The translations under genes and the position numbers were made by a program. A stretch of 10,241 bases of DNA from a virus. Each line of letters starts with the position of its first letter. Within the stretch, counting starts at the first letter, position 1. The notes beneath the pieces were generated by a model. It saw only the letters and a list, made by a program, of their open reading frames with translations, was not told where the DNA came from and did not search any database. Shown here one piece after another: positions 1 through 6,541 of this stretch. The DNA is taken from UHGV virus genome UHGV-1549180. The stretch is one strand, 5' to 3'.

Positions 1-32
1 TCGTGTGCTGGCGTATTTGATTTGATAGTCAT
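1..32 (-). CDS. 5' end of a minus-strand gene running off the left edge (partial; begins MTIKSNTPAH)
   Basis: ATG at 32..30 overlaps the NinB stop (ATGA arrangement) and the frame stays open to position 1. Only about 10 codons are visible. Confidence 0.25.
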   Translation of the reverse strand, partial: MTIKSNTPAH

Positions 33-475
33 GCAGCCTTCCCTTTTCGTTGTGACCATTCATACTCTCGCCGGGAGTCATCACTCCACCGCACGTTGCG
101 CTCTGAGCCGAACCAAAACATGATTTCGATAAGCTCAGTCATGCTGGCCTTTCGCATTTTGCTGGTACGCACGCCAAGCATGACAACGCCACCGTCGATA
201 CCAGGCACACTTCGTTGCTCCAGTTTTTTGGTCTTAAGCCACAGGGCAGTGAACAGGTCTTTCCAGTCCTCCGGTGCCAGCCGTTGACCATGCCATAGCA
301 CCTGACGCGAAACATCGTTCAGCATCGGCCACATACGGTCATTCTGCGCTTTGCTGCGTTTGGGTTCTCTAACGTGGACTTCGTGAGGTGACTTGTCGTC
401 GATGGGAAGTGAGAGTATTGCGTCTATGGCGTTGTTTCTTATTTCTTCGTTGCGAAGCATGTATCTTTGCTTCAT
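29..475 (-). CDS. ninB: NinB-like recombination protein (lambda NinB/Orf family)
   Basis: 148-aa ORF. Shares the motifs DVSRQVxWHG, WKxxFTA, TSxM and a C-terminal ERxVxWSD...EW...AA with lambda NinB as I recall it. ATG at 475..473 lies 2 nt after the upstream gene's stop. Confidence 0.75.
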   Translation of the reverse strand: MKQRYMLRNEEIRNNAIDAILSLPIDDKSPHEVHVREPKRSKAQNDRMWPMLNDVSRQVLWHGQRLAPEDWKDLFTALWLKTKKLEQRSVPGIDGGVVMLGVRTSKMRKASMTELIEIMFWFGSERNVRWSDDSRREYEWSQRKGKAA

Positions 476-477
476 CG

Positions 478-762
478 TTACTCCTTCACTTTGACTCCAG
501 CAGCGCGGATGGCGCTCTGCACCTCGCTTACATACAGATATGGGGTTCGCCCACTATGCATGGTAAAGCTTTCAGGAAGCTCAATCTCGATAGCTGCTCG
601 CGATGCCTTCCATAAAGCCCACCACTCATTTAAGGAGTGACGAATATCCATGCTTGAAAATGCGAAGTACCTATCACCATTTCTTGCCTCGGTTATCATC
701 TCGAATGGTAATCTCAATTTTTTGGCAACGTATTCCTCAAACTTCTTTCTTGATTCGTCCAT
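478..762 (-). CDS. hypothetical protein, nin-region (94 aa)
   Basis: Intact ORF tightly packed between neighbouring minus-strand genes. No family recognised. Confidence 0.5.
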   Translation of the reverse strand: MDESRKKFEEYVAKKLRLPFEMITEARNGDRYFAFSSMDIRHSLNEWWALWKASRAAIEIELPESFTMHSGRTPYLYVSEVQSAIRAAGVKVKE

Positions 763-779
763 CGGTACTTACCCTCAGT

Positions 780-986
780 TCAACTCACAAAACGCCACGC
801 CATTTTTGCTACAGCGACAGGCATAACACCGATAATCACCCAGACAAATGCAGCGCCAAACAACGTATACCATGGGTCTTTACCGTCATTCACAAGACGA
901 ATGTAGCTATGCAGAACAATAAAAAACGTCAGAAGAATCCATCCAACGCCAACGCATTTGAGTGCGACGAGCATAAACTCAGCCAC
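780..986 (-). CDS. small membrane protein with two predicted TM helices (68 aa from GTG 986, or 64 aa from ATG 974)
   Basis: Two hydrophobic stretches (GWILLTFFIVL and FGAAFVWVIIGVMPVAV). GGGAGAG sits 6 nt upstream of the GTG at 986. Confidence 0.45.
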   Translation of the reverse strand: MAEFMLVALKCVGVGWILLTFFIVLHSYIRLVNDGKDPWYTLFGAAFVWVIIGVMPVAVAKMAWRFVS

Positions 987-1062
987 GATTTACTCTCCCC
1001 CAAATAAAAAGGCCTGCGATTACCAGCAGGCCTGTTACAAGCTCAGTGATGTAGATGGTCAT
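979..1062 (-). CDS. 27-aa hydrophobic micro-protein (MTIYITELVTGLLVIAGLFIWGRVNRG)
   Basis: ATG at 1062..1060 immediately follows the stop of the upstream ORF (TAA-ATG). GGAG lies 6 nt upstream. One TM-like segment. Below the ORF-track length cutoff. Confidence 0.25.
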   Translation of the reverse strand: MTIYITELVTGLLVIAGLFIWGRVNRG

Positions 1063-1350
1063 TTAATACTCCGTCACGTTTTCCTGTCGCCACGCCTCGT
1101 CATATTCCGATTTCGGCATATTAGCGATGTAGCTATATGGCGACCCTGATTCAAGTTGCAGGAACTGGTGCGATTGCTCGTCAAGGAACAACGGGACACC
1201 ACCTTCCCAACCTTCGCCGTTACGTTGTTTTTCAAGCATCAAAACAGATGCCGGAGATGCCAGTAGCTGTTCGTCCTTCTCTGACATCTTTTCACCACTC
1301 TGAACTCTCTGTAACGCTCTCTCGCGAGCCTTGTTACGCCAGATGATAAA
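1063..1350 (-). pseudogene. C-terminal segment of the replicative helicase in the -1 frame (FIIWRNKARE ... KQRNG ... to stop at 1063)
   Basis: This frame carries the DnaB-family C-terminal signature (IIWRNK, EKQRNGEG, LFLDEQSHQF). The upstream frame carries helicase motif H4 (GSGAITDLTDN) and then runs into unrelated sequence and a stop at 1239. The frames join at the T4 run (coding strand) at 1348-1351. Confidence 0.6.
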
Positions 1351-2942
1351 AGGTTGTCTGTCAGGTCTGTTATCGCTCCAGAGCCTTTTACGTCCATTTT
1401 CCCGGTTGGTTTTTCTTCGCTGTCTCCTTTTCGCGAGTGAGTAACGAGAATGACGTGGGAGTTTGTTTTGTTTTTGAAGTCGCAAATCGAGTCAACAAAC
1501 GCCTTCTGCCCGTTATAGTCATCGTCGCCTATGCCACATTTCATCAGGCTGTCGATGATGAATAACTGGATCCCGTATCGGCGGCGAGCGTAGTCGAATA
1601 TTTCGATCAGCCTGTCGGCTTTCGCCGTTCCGGTCAGGCCAAACACCCAAAGTCTTTCGTCATAAAATTTAAATGCAGAGTCAATTTCCAGCACTGGCGG
1701 CATCTTGCAGCACGTCGCCTGACGGGTAAGGCGCTTAAGGAGAATACCAGGCTTCAGCTCAAGTGACGCGATGCACGTCTTCACACCCTGACGCATTGCC
1801 TCAAGTGCCATATGCCCGACAACCTCCGTTTTTCCGTGACCGTTCACACCATTGACCAGCGTCAACTCTGCCTCACGGAACTGGAATTTATCTGCCAGAG
1901 ATTCCCACGGTGGATTAAACAGATACTGCTGCTTGCCGTAGAAAGCGTTGATAGTGTCCTGGTAAAACTCTCGCGCGCTGTAGAGTTCTTCAGGATCGAA
2001 GTAGGATGCCGTGCCGATGTACTGCCAGATTTCATCCTCGGTAACACCGTTCATCAGGCATTCGTTGATGTCTTTGTACGGCAGAGTAACAAGACGGCAA
2101 CGATGTTCACCGAGTCGGCTTGCGATTTCCCTTGCGGCTTCACGACCAACATCATCAACATCCATCGAGATGAATATTTCCTCAAACCTGTCGAGGTTGT
2201 GATACTCAAACTCAATCCACTGTTGCTTAGCGCCTTTCCCGCCACCAAACGGCACGGATAACGCCGAGATGCCGTATTGCGCATAGCTCATACAATCAAT
2301 TTCGCCTTCGCAAAGTACAACCGCCCTCACGCCAGCGTCCAGAGCCTGCCATCCGAACAGACAAGGTTCGCAATCACCTTCTGCCATAATGACTTTCTTC
2401 CCGTCCGGGCGCTCAGTGCTGATTCGCTTTACCTGCAACAACTCACCATCGCGTTTGTACGGAATCACCAGAGCATCCAGTTCTCGCTCTCCATTCCACA
2501 CCTTGCCGCTGACAACCTCGTAGCGCTTTACGATTTCTGGCGATATGCCACGCGATTGCAGGTACTCAAGATGGGATTCTGTTCTGGTAACGTAGCGGGC
2601 GATTTTCTTGCGGTCAGGTCTGGAGAATTTCTTCTCACGTTTGGCATCGAAATGGTGATCGTCATCCTTGATTCCGAGAAAGGCTTTCGCTTCCTGCATA
2701 GCCTGATGCAGGTTAATTCCACGACATGCCATCCACAAATCAAGCATGTCACCGCCGTCTCCCTCAGCGAAATCAGCCCATTTTTTCTTGCCGCTAAGGT
2801 TGACCTTAAGGCTGTTTCCCTTGTCACCGTTGACGTTACCGGCAACCCACTCATGCCCCTCTTTCTTGCCGTTTGGCAACAGGTGCGGAGCCACCCTGTC
2901 AACCTGCGCCCAAAGCAGGTCACTGAGTTCACTTGGCGTCAT
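1239..2942 (-). CDS. bifunctional toprim primase / DnaB-like (RecA-fold) replicative helicase; C-terminus truncated by a frameshift
   Basis: 567-aa ORF. Central Toprim-like region (VVLCEGEIDCMSYAQYGI), Walker A (GVNGHGKTE), Walker B-like (LFIIDSLMK) and H4 (KGSGAITDLTDN). The last ~37 aa look like out-of-frame read-through. Confidence 0.75.
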   Translation of the reverse strand: MTPSELSDLLWAQVDRVAPHLLPNGKKEGHEWVAGNVNGDKGNSLKVNLSGKKKWADFAEGDGGDMLDLWMACRGINLHQAMQEAKAFLGIKDDDHHFDAKREKKFSRPDRKKIARYVTRTESHLEYLQSRGISPEIVKRYEVVSGKVWNGERELDALVIPYKRDGELLQVKRISTERPDGKKVIMAEGDCEPCLFGWQALDAGVRAVVLCEGEIDCMSYAQYGISALSVPFGGGKGAKQQWIEFEYHNLDRFEEIFISMDVDDVGREAAREIASRLGEHRCRLVTLPYKDINECLMNGVTEDEIWQYIGTASYFDPEELYSAREFYQDTINAFYGKQQYLFNPPWESLADKFQFREAELTLVNGVNGHGKTEVVGHMALEAMRQGVKTCIASLELKPGILLKRLTRQATCCKMPPVLEIDSAFKFYDERLWVFGLTGTAKADRLIEIFDYARRRYGIQLFIIDSLMKCGIGDDDYNGQKAFVDSICDFKNKTNSHVILVTHSRKGDSEEKPTGKMDVKGSGAITDLTDNLLSSGVTRLARERYREFRVVKRCQRRTNSYWHLRHLF

Positions 2943-3046
2943 GATTCCCTCAGATTGAGATTTTTAAACCAGAAATCGACAAACGAAATACTTAACCAGC
3001 CGTGGTTATAACCAGCGACCAGTAGCGATTTGATTTTTGATTTCAT
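2939..3046 (-). CDS. 35-aa micro-ORF between O and the helicase (MKSKIKSLLVAGYNHGWLSISFVDFWFKNLNLRES)
   Basis: ATG lies 3 nt after the O stop, preceded by AGGTG. Its TGA overlaps the helicase ATG (ATGA). Could instead be untranslated linker. Confidence 0.2.
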   Translation of the reverse strand: MKSKIKSLLVAGYNHGWLSISFVDFWFKNLNLRES

Positions 3047-3049
3047 GGT

Positions 3050-3910
3050 TCACCTGTCGAAAAACACGTAGCCAGTTTTCGATACGGTGATTGCGGATGA
3101 TGGTTTGGATTGTGGTTGAATAGTTTCTGGCTTCTCGTCGTTCCAGCGCTGACCGTTCAGGTAGCTCGATGGTAACAACCTGTCGAATCCGAACTGCTTA
3201 CCATTCCTGCATGCGATGTCTTCTGCCAGCATCGTGGCAAACTCGCTTGCCGTCCCCCTGGTAGTTTTACGCCATTCCCTGAACTGTGTTCTGAATGCCG
3301 AAGCTGCGTTTTTCTTCCCGGCCTTCCGCATGCCTGTACACCAGAATATTTCCTCGAATGCCTTGTCGGTTTCTTCGTGACGGTCAGGTGATTTTTCACA
3401 CTCCGTCCGAACACTTTCGGACATAGTGTTTTTATTATTTCTTTTTTCTTTTGTAATAGTTTCTTTTGTGTGTCCCTGTTTTGGTGACAGCGCTGTCACC
3501 GTTTTGGTGACACTTTTTGTCACCAATGCAGTGACATTATCACCAGAGTAGTGACACCCTTCGATTTGCCATTCCTCGATGTTCTTGTTGGGCCCGATTT
3601 GCTGGCCTTCGCGAAGGATAACCTTCATCGCGATAAGCTCATTCTTGGCCTTGTTTACCTTCTGTCTTGGCAGCCTGGTAATTTGAGCTAACTGACTATC
3701 AGAGATGCGATCCATCTTTTTACCGTAGCCGTATGTTTTACGGCATATGGCGTGGGCAACCTTGCTCTGATTTTTCGTTAAATCTGCGCCGATAAGCTCT
3801 TCATACAGGGCATTTGCAAGACGGGTATAACCATCTTCAACTTCTGCCACACGACGCTCCACAGGCCGTTGTGAAGGCCTTAAATGTGTTACGGTTGCAA
3901 GATTACTCAT
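3050..3910 (-). CDS. O: replication initiator protein, lambda O-like (origin-binding)
   Basis: N-terminal region matches the lambda O N-domain as recalled (DDGYxRLxN, GADLTKxQxKV, RKTYGxxKxMDRIxDSQL, FGPNKNIxEW). The ori iterons lie inside the coding sequence, as in lambda. Confidence 0.85.
   Translation of the reverse strand: MSNLATVTHLRPSQRPVERRVAEVEDGYTRLANALYEELIGADLTKNQSKVAHAICRKTYGYGKKMDRISDSQLAQITRLPRQKVNKAKNELIAMKVILREGQQIGPNKNIEEWQIEGCHYSGDNVTALVTKSVTKTVTALSPKQGHTKETITKEKRNNKNTMSESVRTECEKSPDRHEETDKAFEEIFWCTGMRKAGKKNAASAFRTQFREWRKTTRGTASEFATMLAEDIACRNGKQFGFDRLLPSSYLNGQRWNDEKPETIQPQSKPSSAITVSKTGYVFFDR
3425..3475. other. AT-rich DNA-unwinding region of the replication origin (inside the O gene)
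   Basis: About 50 bp of mostly T/A (tgtttttattatttcttttttcttttgtaatagtttcttttg) directly beside the iteron block, the same iterons-then-AT-rich order as lambda ori. Confidence 0.6.
3483..3557. repeat. ori iterons: repeated GGTGACA / TGTCACC half-sites arranged as inverted repeats
   Basis: GGTGACAGCGCTGTCACC (3483-3500, perfect 18-bp palindrome); GGTGACACTTTTTGTCACC (3506-3524); GTGACATTATCACC (3531-3544); GTGACAC (3551-3557). Confidence 0.7.
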
Positions 3911-4049
3911 GACCTTTCTCCTTCTGCATCAGCTTCACTTTTTCCAACTCAGCCCGGAATCGACCAGGCTGCTTGAAGCTGGACAGGAAGCGATCACGTA
4001 GTATGTGTTTGTGAATTTTGTCCTGGTAAGGACTGAGTTGTTTTGTCAT
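3903..4049 (-). CDS. 48-aa basic micro-protein between cII and O ([48 protein letters not shown])
   Basis: AGGAG lies 5 nt upstream of the ATG at 4049..4047. The 3' end overlaps the O start (ATGAGTAA). Below the ORF-track cutoff. Confidence 0.35.
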   Translation of the reverse strand: MTKQLSPYQDKIHKHILRDRFLSSFKQPGRFRAELEKVKLMQKEKGHE

Positions 4050-4057
4050 AATGACTC

Positions 4058-4126
4058 CTGTGGATTGATCCAGTCTTTCTACATCAGGCCTCGAAGAATT
4101 CGCCGTTCTTCGGGGCTTTTTCTTTT
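4058..4126 (+). ncRNA. oop: candidate oop-like antisense RNA (promoter po plus intrinsic terminator), antisense to the cII 3' end
   Basis: Extended -10 TGtCATAAT at 4044-4052. About 65 nt downstream is an 11-bp stem (4088-4098 / 4106-4116, one G-U pair) followed by TTTTTCTTTT (4117-4126). The structure is plus-strand specific and covers the last codons of cII, matching the lambda oop arrangement. Confidence 0.4.
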
Positions 4127-4365
4127 GTCAGGTAATTGGCAAGCCGCTTAGTCAGCTCAGCCATTTCATCGTCTTCGATTCCGTATTCCAGAACAGCCAG
4201 CATCATGCTTACCTGCGAGAAGAAACCATTCTTCCATCGGCTTACCTGATATTCAGGAACCCCCATTGCTCGAGCGAATGTCTTCTGCCCCATCAGTGCC
4301 AGTTTGTTCAGCAAGGCTGACTCGATGCGAGCCGCTTTCTTGCTTTTAGTTGCAATAGTACCCAT
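4084..4365 (-). CDS. cII: CII-like transcriptional activator (lysogeny establishment)
   Basis: 93 aa. Matches lambda CII motifs as recalled (RIESALLNK, GVxxxQxSRWK, SMxLAVLExG, DDxMA). AAGGA lies 9 nt upstream of the ATG. Confidence 0.8.
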   Translation of the reverse strand: MGTIATKSKKAARIESALLNKLALMGQKTFARAMGVPEYQVSRWKNGFFSQVSMMLAVLEYGIEDDEMAELTKRLANYLTKEKAPKNGEFFEA

Positions 4366-4372
4366 AGATAAT
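4340..4372 (+). promoter_or_regulatory. PRE-like CII-activated promoter: TTGC-N6-TTGC direct repeats plus -10 GATAAT
   Basis: TTGCTTTTAGTTGC at 4340-4353 is antisense to cII codons 5-9, the same placement as the lambda PRE repeats. GATAAT at 4367-4372. It points towards cro (antisense) and cI. Confidence 0.5.
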
Positions 4373-4441
4373 TTCCTTAATGATTAGATAGAGTTGGCTT
4401 CGCAAAGAAACGCAAAACCATAGAGATTTGTTTCTGGTAAT

Positions 4442-4473
4442 GCCCTTTTTCAGGGCGGGGATGTGTAAGAGCG
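4442..4473 (-). promoter_or_regulatory. nutR (boxA + boxB) N-utilisation site
   Basis: The minus strand reads CGCTCTTACACATCCCCGCCCTGAAAAAGGGCA: boxA CGCTCTTAC and the boxB hairpin GCCCTGAAAAAGGGC, matching lambda nutR as recalled. It lies between cro and cII. Confidence 0.8.
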
Positions 4474-4481
4474 TTAATAAC

Positions 4482-4712
4482 TTAAGCGGCCATTAATTCA
4501 GGCCAGATGCTTTCCCAATCAACCGGATGAAGGTCTTTGCGAGTCACTTCACCATTGCTGAACCTCTCAATCAGAACACAAAGTGCTGCGCCCAATTCAT
4601 GATTACGGCTAAGTGCTTTCCTCAAATAGCCGATAGAAGTTCCGCACTTGGTGGCAAATTCTCTCTGCTCTTCCAGTGAAAGGGAGTTCAGATACAAGCG
4701 GAGTTCTTCCAT
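4482..4712 (-). CDS. cro: Cro-like HTH regulator (first gene of the PR operon)
   Basis: 76 aa with an HTH-like segment (EFATKCGTSIGYLRKAL). Divergent from cI across the operator region. AGGAG lies 8 nt upstream of the ATG. Confidence 0.65.
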   Translation of the reverse strand: MEELRLYLNSLSLEEQREFATKCGTSIGYLRKALSRNHELGAALCVLIERFSNGEVTRKDLHPVDWESIWPELMAA

Positions 4713-4744
4713 TTGCTATCTCCTTCCCGTTGTTGAATAAGATG

Positions 4745-4815
4745 AGTTTACCTGTAGGTAAAAAAGCAAATCAATACCCATAGGTTATTTACCGGCAGGT
4801 AATCAAAGATAGAAT
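4745..4815. promoter_or_regulatory. OR operator region with divergent PR (minus strand) and PRM (plus strand) promoters
   Basis: Operators TTACCTGTAGGTAA (4748-4761), weaker ATACCCATAGGTTA (4774-4787) and TTACCGGCAGGTAA (4789-4802). PR on the minus strand: -35 TTGATT (4769-4774), 18-bp spacer, -10 TAAACT (4745-4750). PRM on the plus strand: -35 TTTACC (4788-4793), -10 TAGAAT (4810-4815), giving a leaderless or near-leaderless cI start. Confidence 0.65.
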
Positions 4816-4821
4816 TAAATC

Positions 4822-5508
4822 ATGGATAAATACGAACAAAGACGACTAAGGCTGATAGAGATAAGAGACCGATTCTGTAATGGAAAGGCCTCAGAGTTGG
4901 CTCGTCGAATAGAAAGGGAACCATCATACGTTTCCAGAATGCTGTATCCGGAAGGAAAAAGCGGAAAAAAACGCATTGCTGACGATATGATGGAACTAAT
5001 TGAAAAATCTTTTAATCTCCCACGCGGATGGATGGACATGCTTGCAGATGGTAAAGCTGGAGCTACGGACCATCTTGAGTTTGCGGGTAACGTTCGTGCG
5101 GGTTTTGTTCCGGTAATTGGTGAAGCCGTTTTGGGAGTTGATGGCTCAGTGGATATGATTGAATTCAGATCCGGTTGGTTAAGCATCTACAGCGGCGATA
5201 AAGATGCTTACGGTCTGAAGGTTAAGGGTGACAGCATGTGGCCAAGGATTCAGTCAGGAGAATATGTTGTTATTGAACCAAATACGCCAGTACATCCAGG
5301 TGATGAAGTCTTTGTAAGGACCAAAGACGGTCACAACATGATAAAGATCATGAACAAAACAAGAGACGGTGATTATCAGTTTAGTAGCATAAACAGTGAT
5401 CACCGCCCAATCACTCTTCCTGTTGAAGAAGTTGATAAAATGCATTTTGTTTCAGCTATTGTGAAACACACCAGGTACGTAGACCAGGACGATCTGCCAA
5501 AAGTTTGA
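4822..5508 (+). CDS. cI: CI-type prophage repressor (N-terminal HTH, C-terminal LexA-like S24 autopeptidase domain)
   Basis: 228 aa. C-terminal domain has the S24 signature (GDSMWP ... GEYVVIEP ... GDEVFV, with the catalytic Ser in GDSM). No SD before the ATG, consistent with a leaderless PRM transcript. Divergent from cro. Confidence 0.85.
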   Translation: MDKYEQRRLRLIEIRDRFCNGKASELARRIEREPSYVSRMLYPEGKSGKKRIADDMMELIEKSFNLPRGWMDMLADGKAGATDHLEFAGNVRAGFVPVIGEAVLGVDGSVDMIEFRSGWLSIYSGDKDAYGLKVKGDSMWPRIQSGEYVVIEPNTPVHPGDEVFVRTKDGHNMIKIMNKTRDGDYQFSSINSDHRPITLPVEEVDKMHFVSAIVKHTRYVDQDDLPKV

Positions 5509-5522
5509 GGATAAAGCAGCAA

Positions 5523-5819
5523 ATGTTTATACCCGGCATAGTAGTCGCTGTTGTAATCATCTGCTTCATATGGGCAAAGTTATCTCCTGTAAGCTCTAAG
5601 CATACAGCTGAACTCATGAGGAAGAAGAATCTTATACATGAGGCAGAATCGATAATTAAAAAGTTCAAAGGCATGTCATACGACGACATGTCATCAGAGC
5701 AGATTGCTATGTATAAATGCGCCATTGAGCGCCTTGACTACTTAAACGGACTCAAACCCAAACACACCCCAGTAGAATCAAAATTGCCGCAATGGCCAAG
5801 CAATCCAAATAGCTTCTGA
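5523..5819 (+). CDS. cI-cotranscribed single-pass membrane protein (98 aa), candidate superinfection-exclusion / lysogenic-conversion gene
   Basis: ATG at 5523 with GAGGA upstream (the track's 5505 start is a TTG overlapping the cI stop). N-terminal TM helix (FIPGIVVAVVIICFIWAKL) followed by a charged soluble domain. An intrinsic terminator follows directly. Several ATA codons. Confidence 0.55.
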   Translation: MFIPGIVVAVVIICFIWAKLSPVSSKHTAELMRKKNLIHEAESIIKKFKGMSYDDMSSEQIAMYKCAIERLDYLNGLKPKHTPVESKLPQWPSNPNSF

Positions 5820-5828
5820 CATCTCCTT

Positions 5829-5853
5829 TCAGCCCGCAAAGCGGGCTTTTTTA
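5829..5853 (+). terminator. rho-independent terminator ending the cI operon
   Basis: CAGCCCGC-aaa-GCGGGCTG-type GC stem followed by TTTTTT (5847-5852). Plus-strand specific. Confidence 0.75.
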
Positions 5854-5915
5854 TATCAATCCAAAAAATTAATTACCTGAAAATTCAAGCAGGTAAACTC
5901 TCACATCAATTTTAT

Positions 5916-5957
5916 TTACCTACAGGTATAGACATGGGTTTTACCTGTAGGTATATT
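5916..5957 (+). promoter_or_regulatory. OL operators and PL promoter
   Basis: Operators TTACCTACAGGTAT (5916-5929) and TTACCTGTAGGTAT (5941-5954), same family as OR, centres 25 bp apart. PL: -35 TAGACA (5929-5934), 17-bp spacer, -10 TATATT (5952-5957), overlapped by the second operator. Confidence 0.65.
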
Positions 5958-5997
5958 TTAAGCCATCAGCAGGACGCACTGACCACCATGAAGGTGA

Positions 5998-6028
5998 CGC
6001 TCTTAAAAATTAAGCCCTGAAGAAGGGC
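5998..6028 (+). promoter_or_regulatory. nutL (boxA + boxB)
   Basis: CGCTCTTAAAAATTAAGCCCTGAAGAAGGGC: boxA CGCTCTTAA and the boxB hairpin GCCCTGAAGAAGGGC, as in lambda nutL. Confidence 0.85.
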
Positions 6029-6200
6029 AGCATTCAAAGCAGAAGGCTTTGGGGTGTGGTGAAGGGTTCATGGATGGGAATATGTCGCACGTAAAGCGGC
6101 GAGGCCTGCGGAACTATTGCCGAATTGAAGTCGGCCGAAGCAGGTCGAAATGGGTCTCCCACCTACCACACCACCAAAGCTAACTGACAGGAGAATCAAG

Positions 6201-6533
6201 ATGGATGCACAAACACGCCGCCGCGAACGTCGCGCAGAGAAACAGGCTCAATGGAAAGCAGCAAATCCCCTGTTGGTTGGGGTAAGCGCAAAACCAGTTA
6301 ACCGCCCTATTCTCTCGCTGAATCGCAAACCGAAATCACGAGTAGAAAGCGCACTGAATCCGATAGACCTTACGGTGCTGGCTGAATACCACGAACAGAT
6401 TGAAAGCAACCTGCAACGTATTGAGCGCAAGAATCAGCGCACATGGTACAGCAAGCCACGCAGTGAAATGGGTGTGACTTGCTCAGGCCGCCAGAAGCAA
6501 CGCGGAAAATCAATTCCAGCTTATTACGATTGA
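6201..6533 (+). CDS. N: antitermination protein N
   Basis: Begins MDAQTRRRERRAEKQAQWKAANPLL, the arginine-rich boxB-binding motif of lambda N, and is near-identical to lambda N over most of its length (from memory). AGGAG at 6189-6193. The ORF-track start at 6150 is an upstream extension. Confidence 0.9.
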   Translation: MDAQTRRRERRAEKQAQWKAANPLLVGVSAKPVNRPILSLNRKPKSRVESALNPIDLTVLAEYHEQIESNLQRIERKNQRTWYSKPRSEMGVTCSGRQKQRGKSIPAYYD

Positions 6534-6541
6534 GGTGAGCC

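Noticed and set aside
1340-1360. Programmed -1 ribosomal frameshift in the helicase gene
   Set aside because: The site CTTTTA is not a canonical X XXY YYZ slippery heptamer and I see no obvious downstream stimulatory structure. A 1-bp deletion or a sequencing error in the T-run is more likely. Kept only as a minor alternative.
2277-3011. 244-aa plus-strand ORF
   Set aside because: Lies entirely antisense to the primase-helicase gene, which has clear family motifs. No start context.
3157-3414. 85-aa minus-strand ORF inside O
   Set aside because: Alternative frame embedded in the O gene, which has recognisable O N-domain motifs.
3483-3557. Possible CRISPR array
   Set aside because: The repeats are 7-bp half-sites arranged as palindromes, with no regular repeat-spacer periodicity, and lie inside the O coding sequence. 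They are origin iterons.
4815-5186. 123-aa minus-strand ORF
   Set aside because: Antisense to cI, whose frame carries the S24 peptidase signature.
5254-5725. Minus-strand ORFs of 63 and 89 aa
   Set aside because: Antisense to the cI 3' end and the cI-linked membrane ORF. AT-rich sequence gives stop-free runs by chance.
6150-6200. Upstream extension of N given by the ORF track (start 6150)
   Set aside because: Lambda N begins MDAQTRRR, and the ATG at 6201 has an AGGAG SD. The extension covers the leader downstream of nutL.
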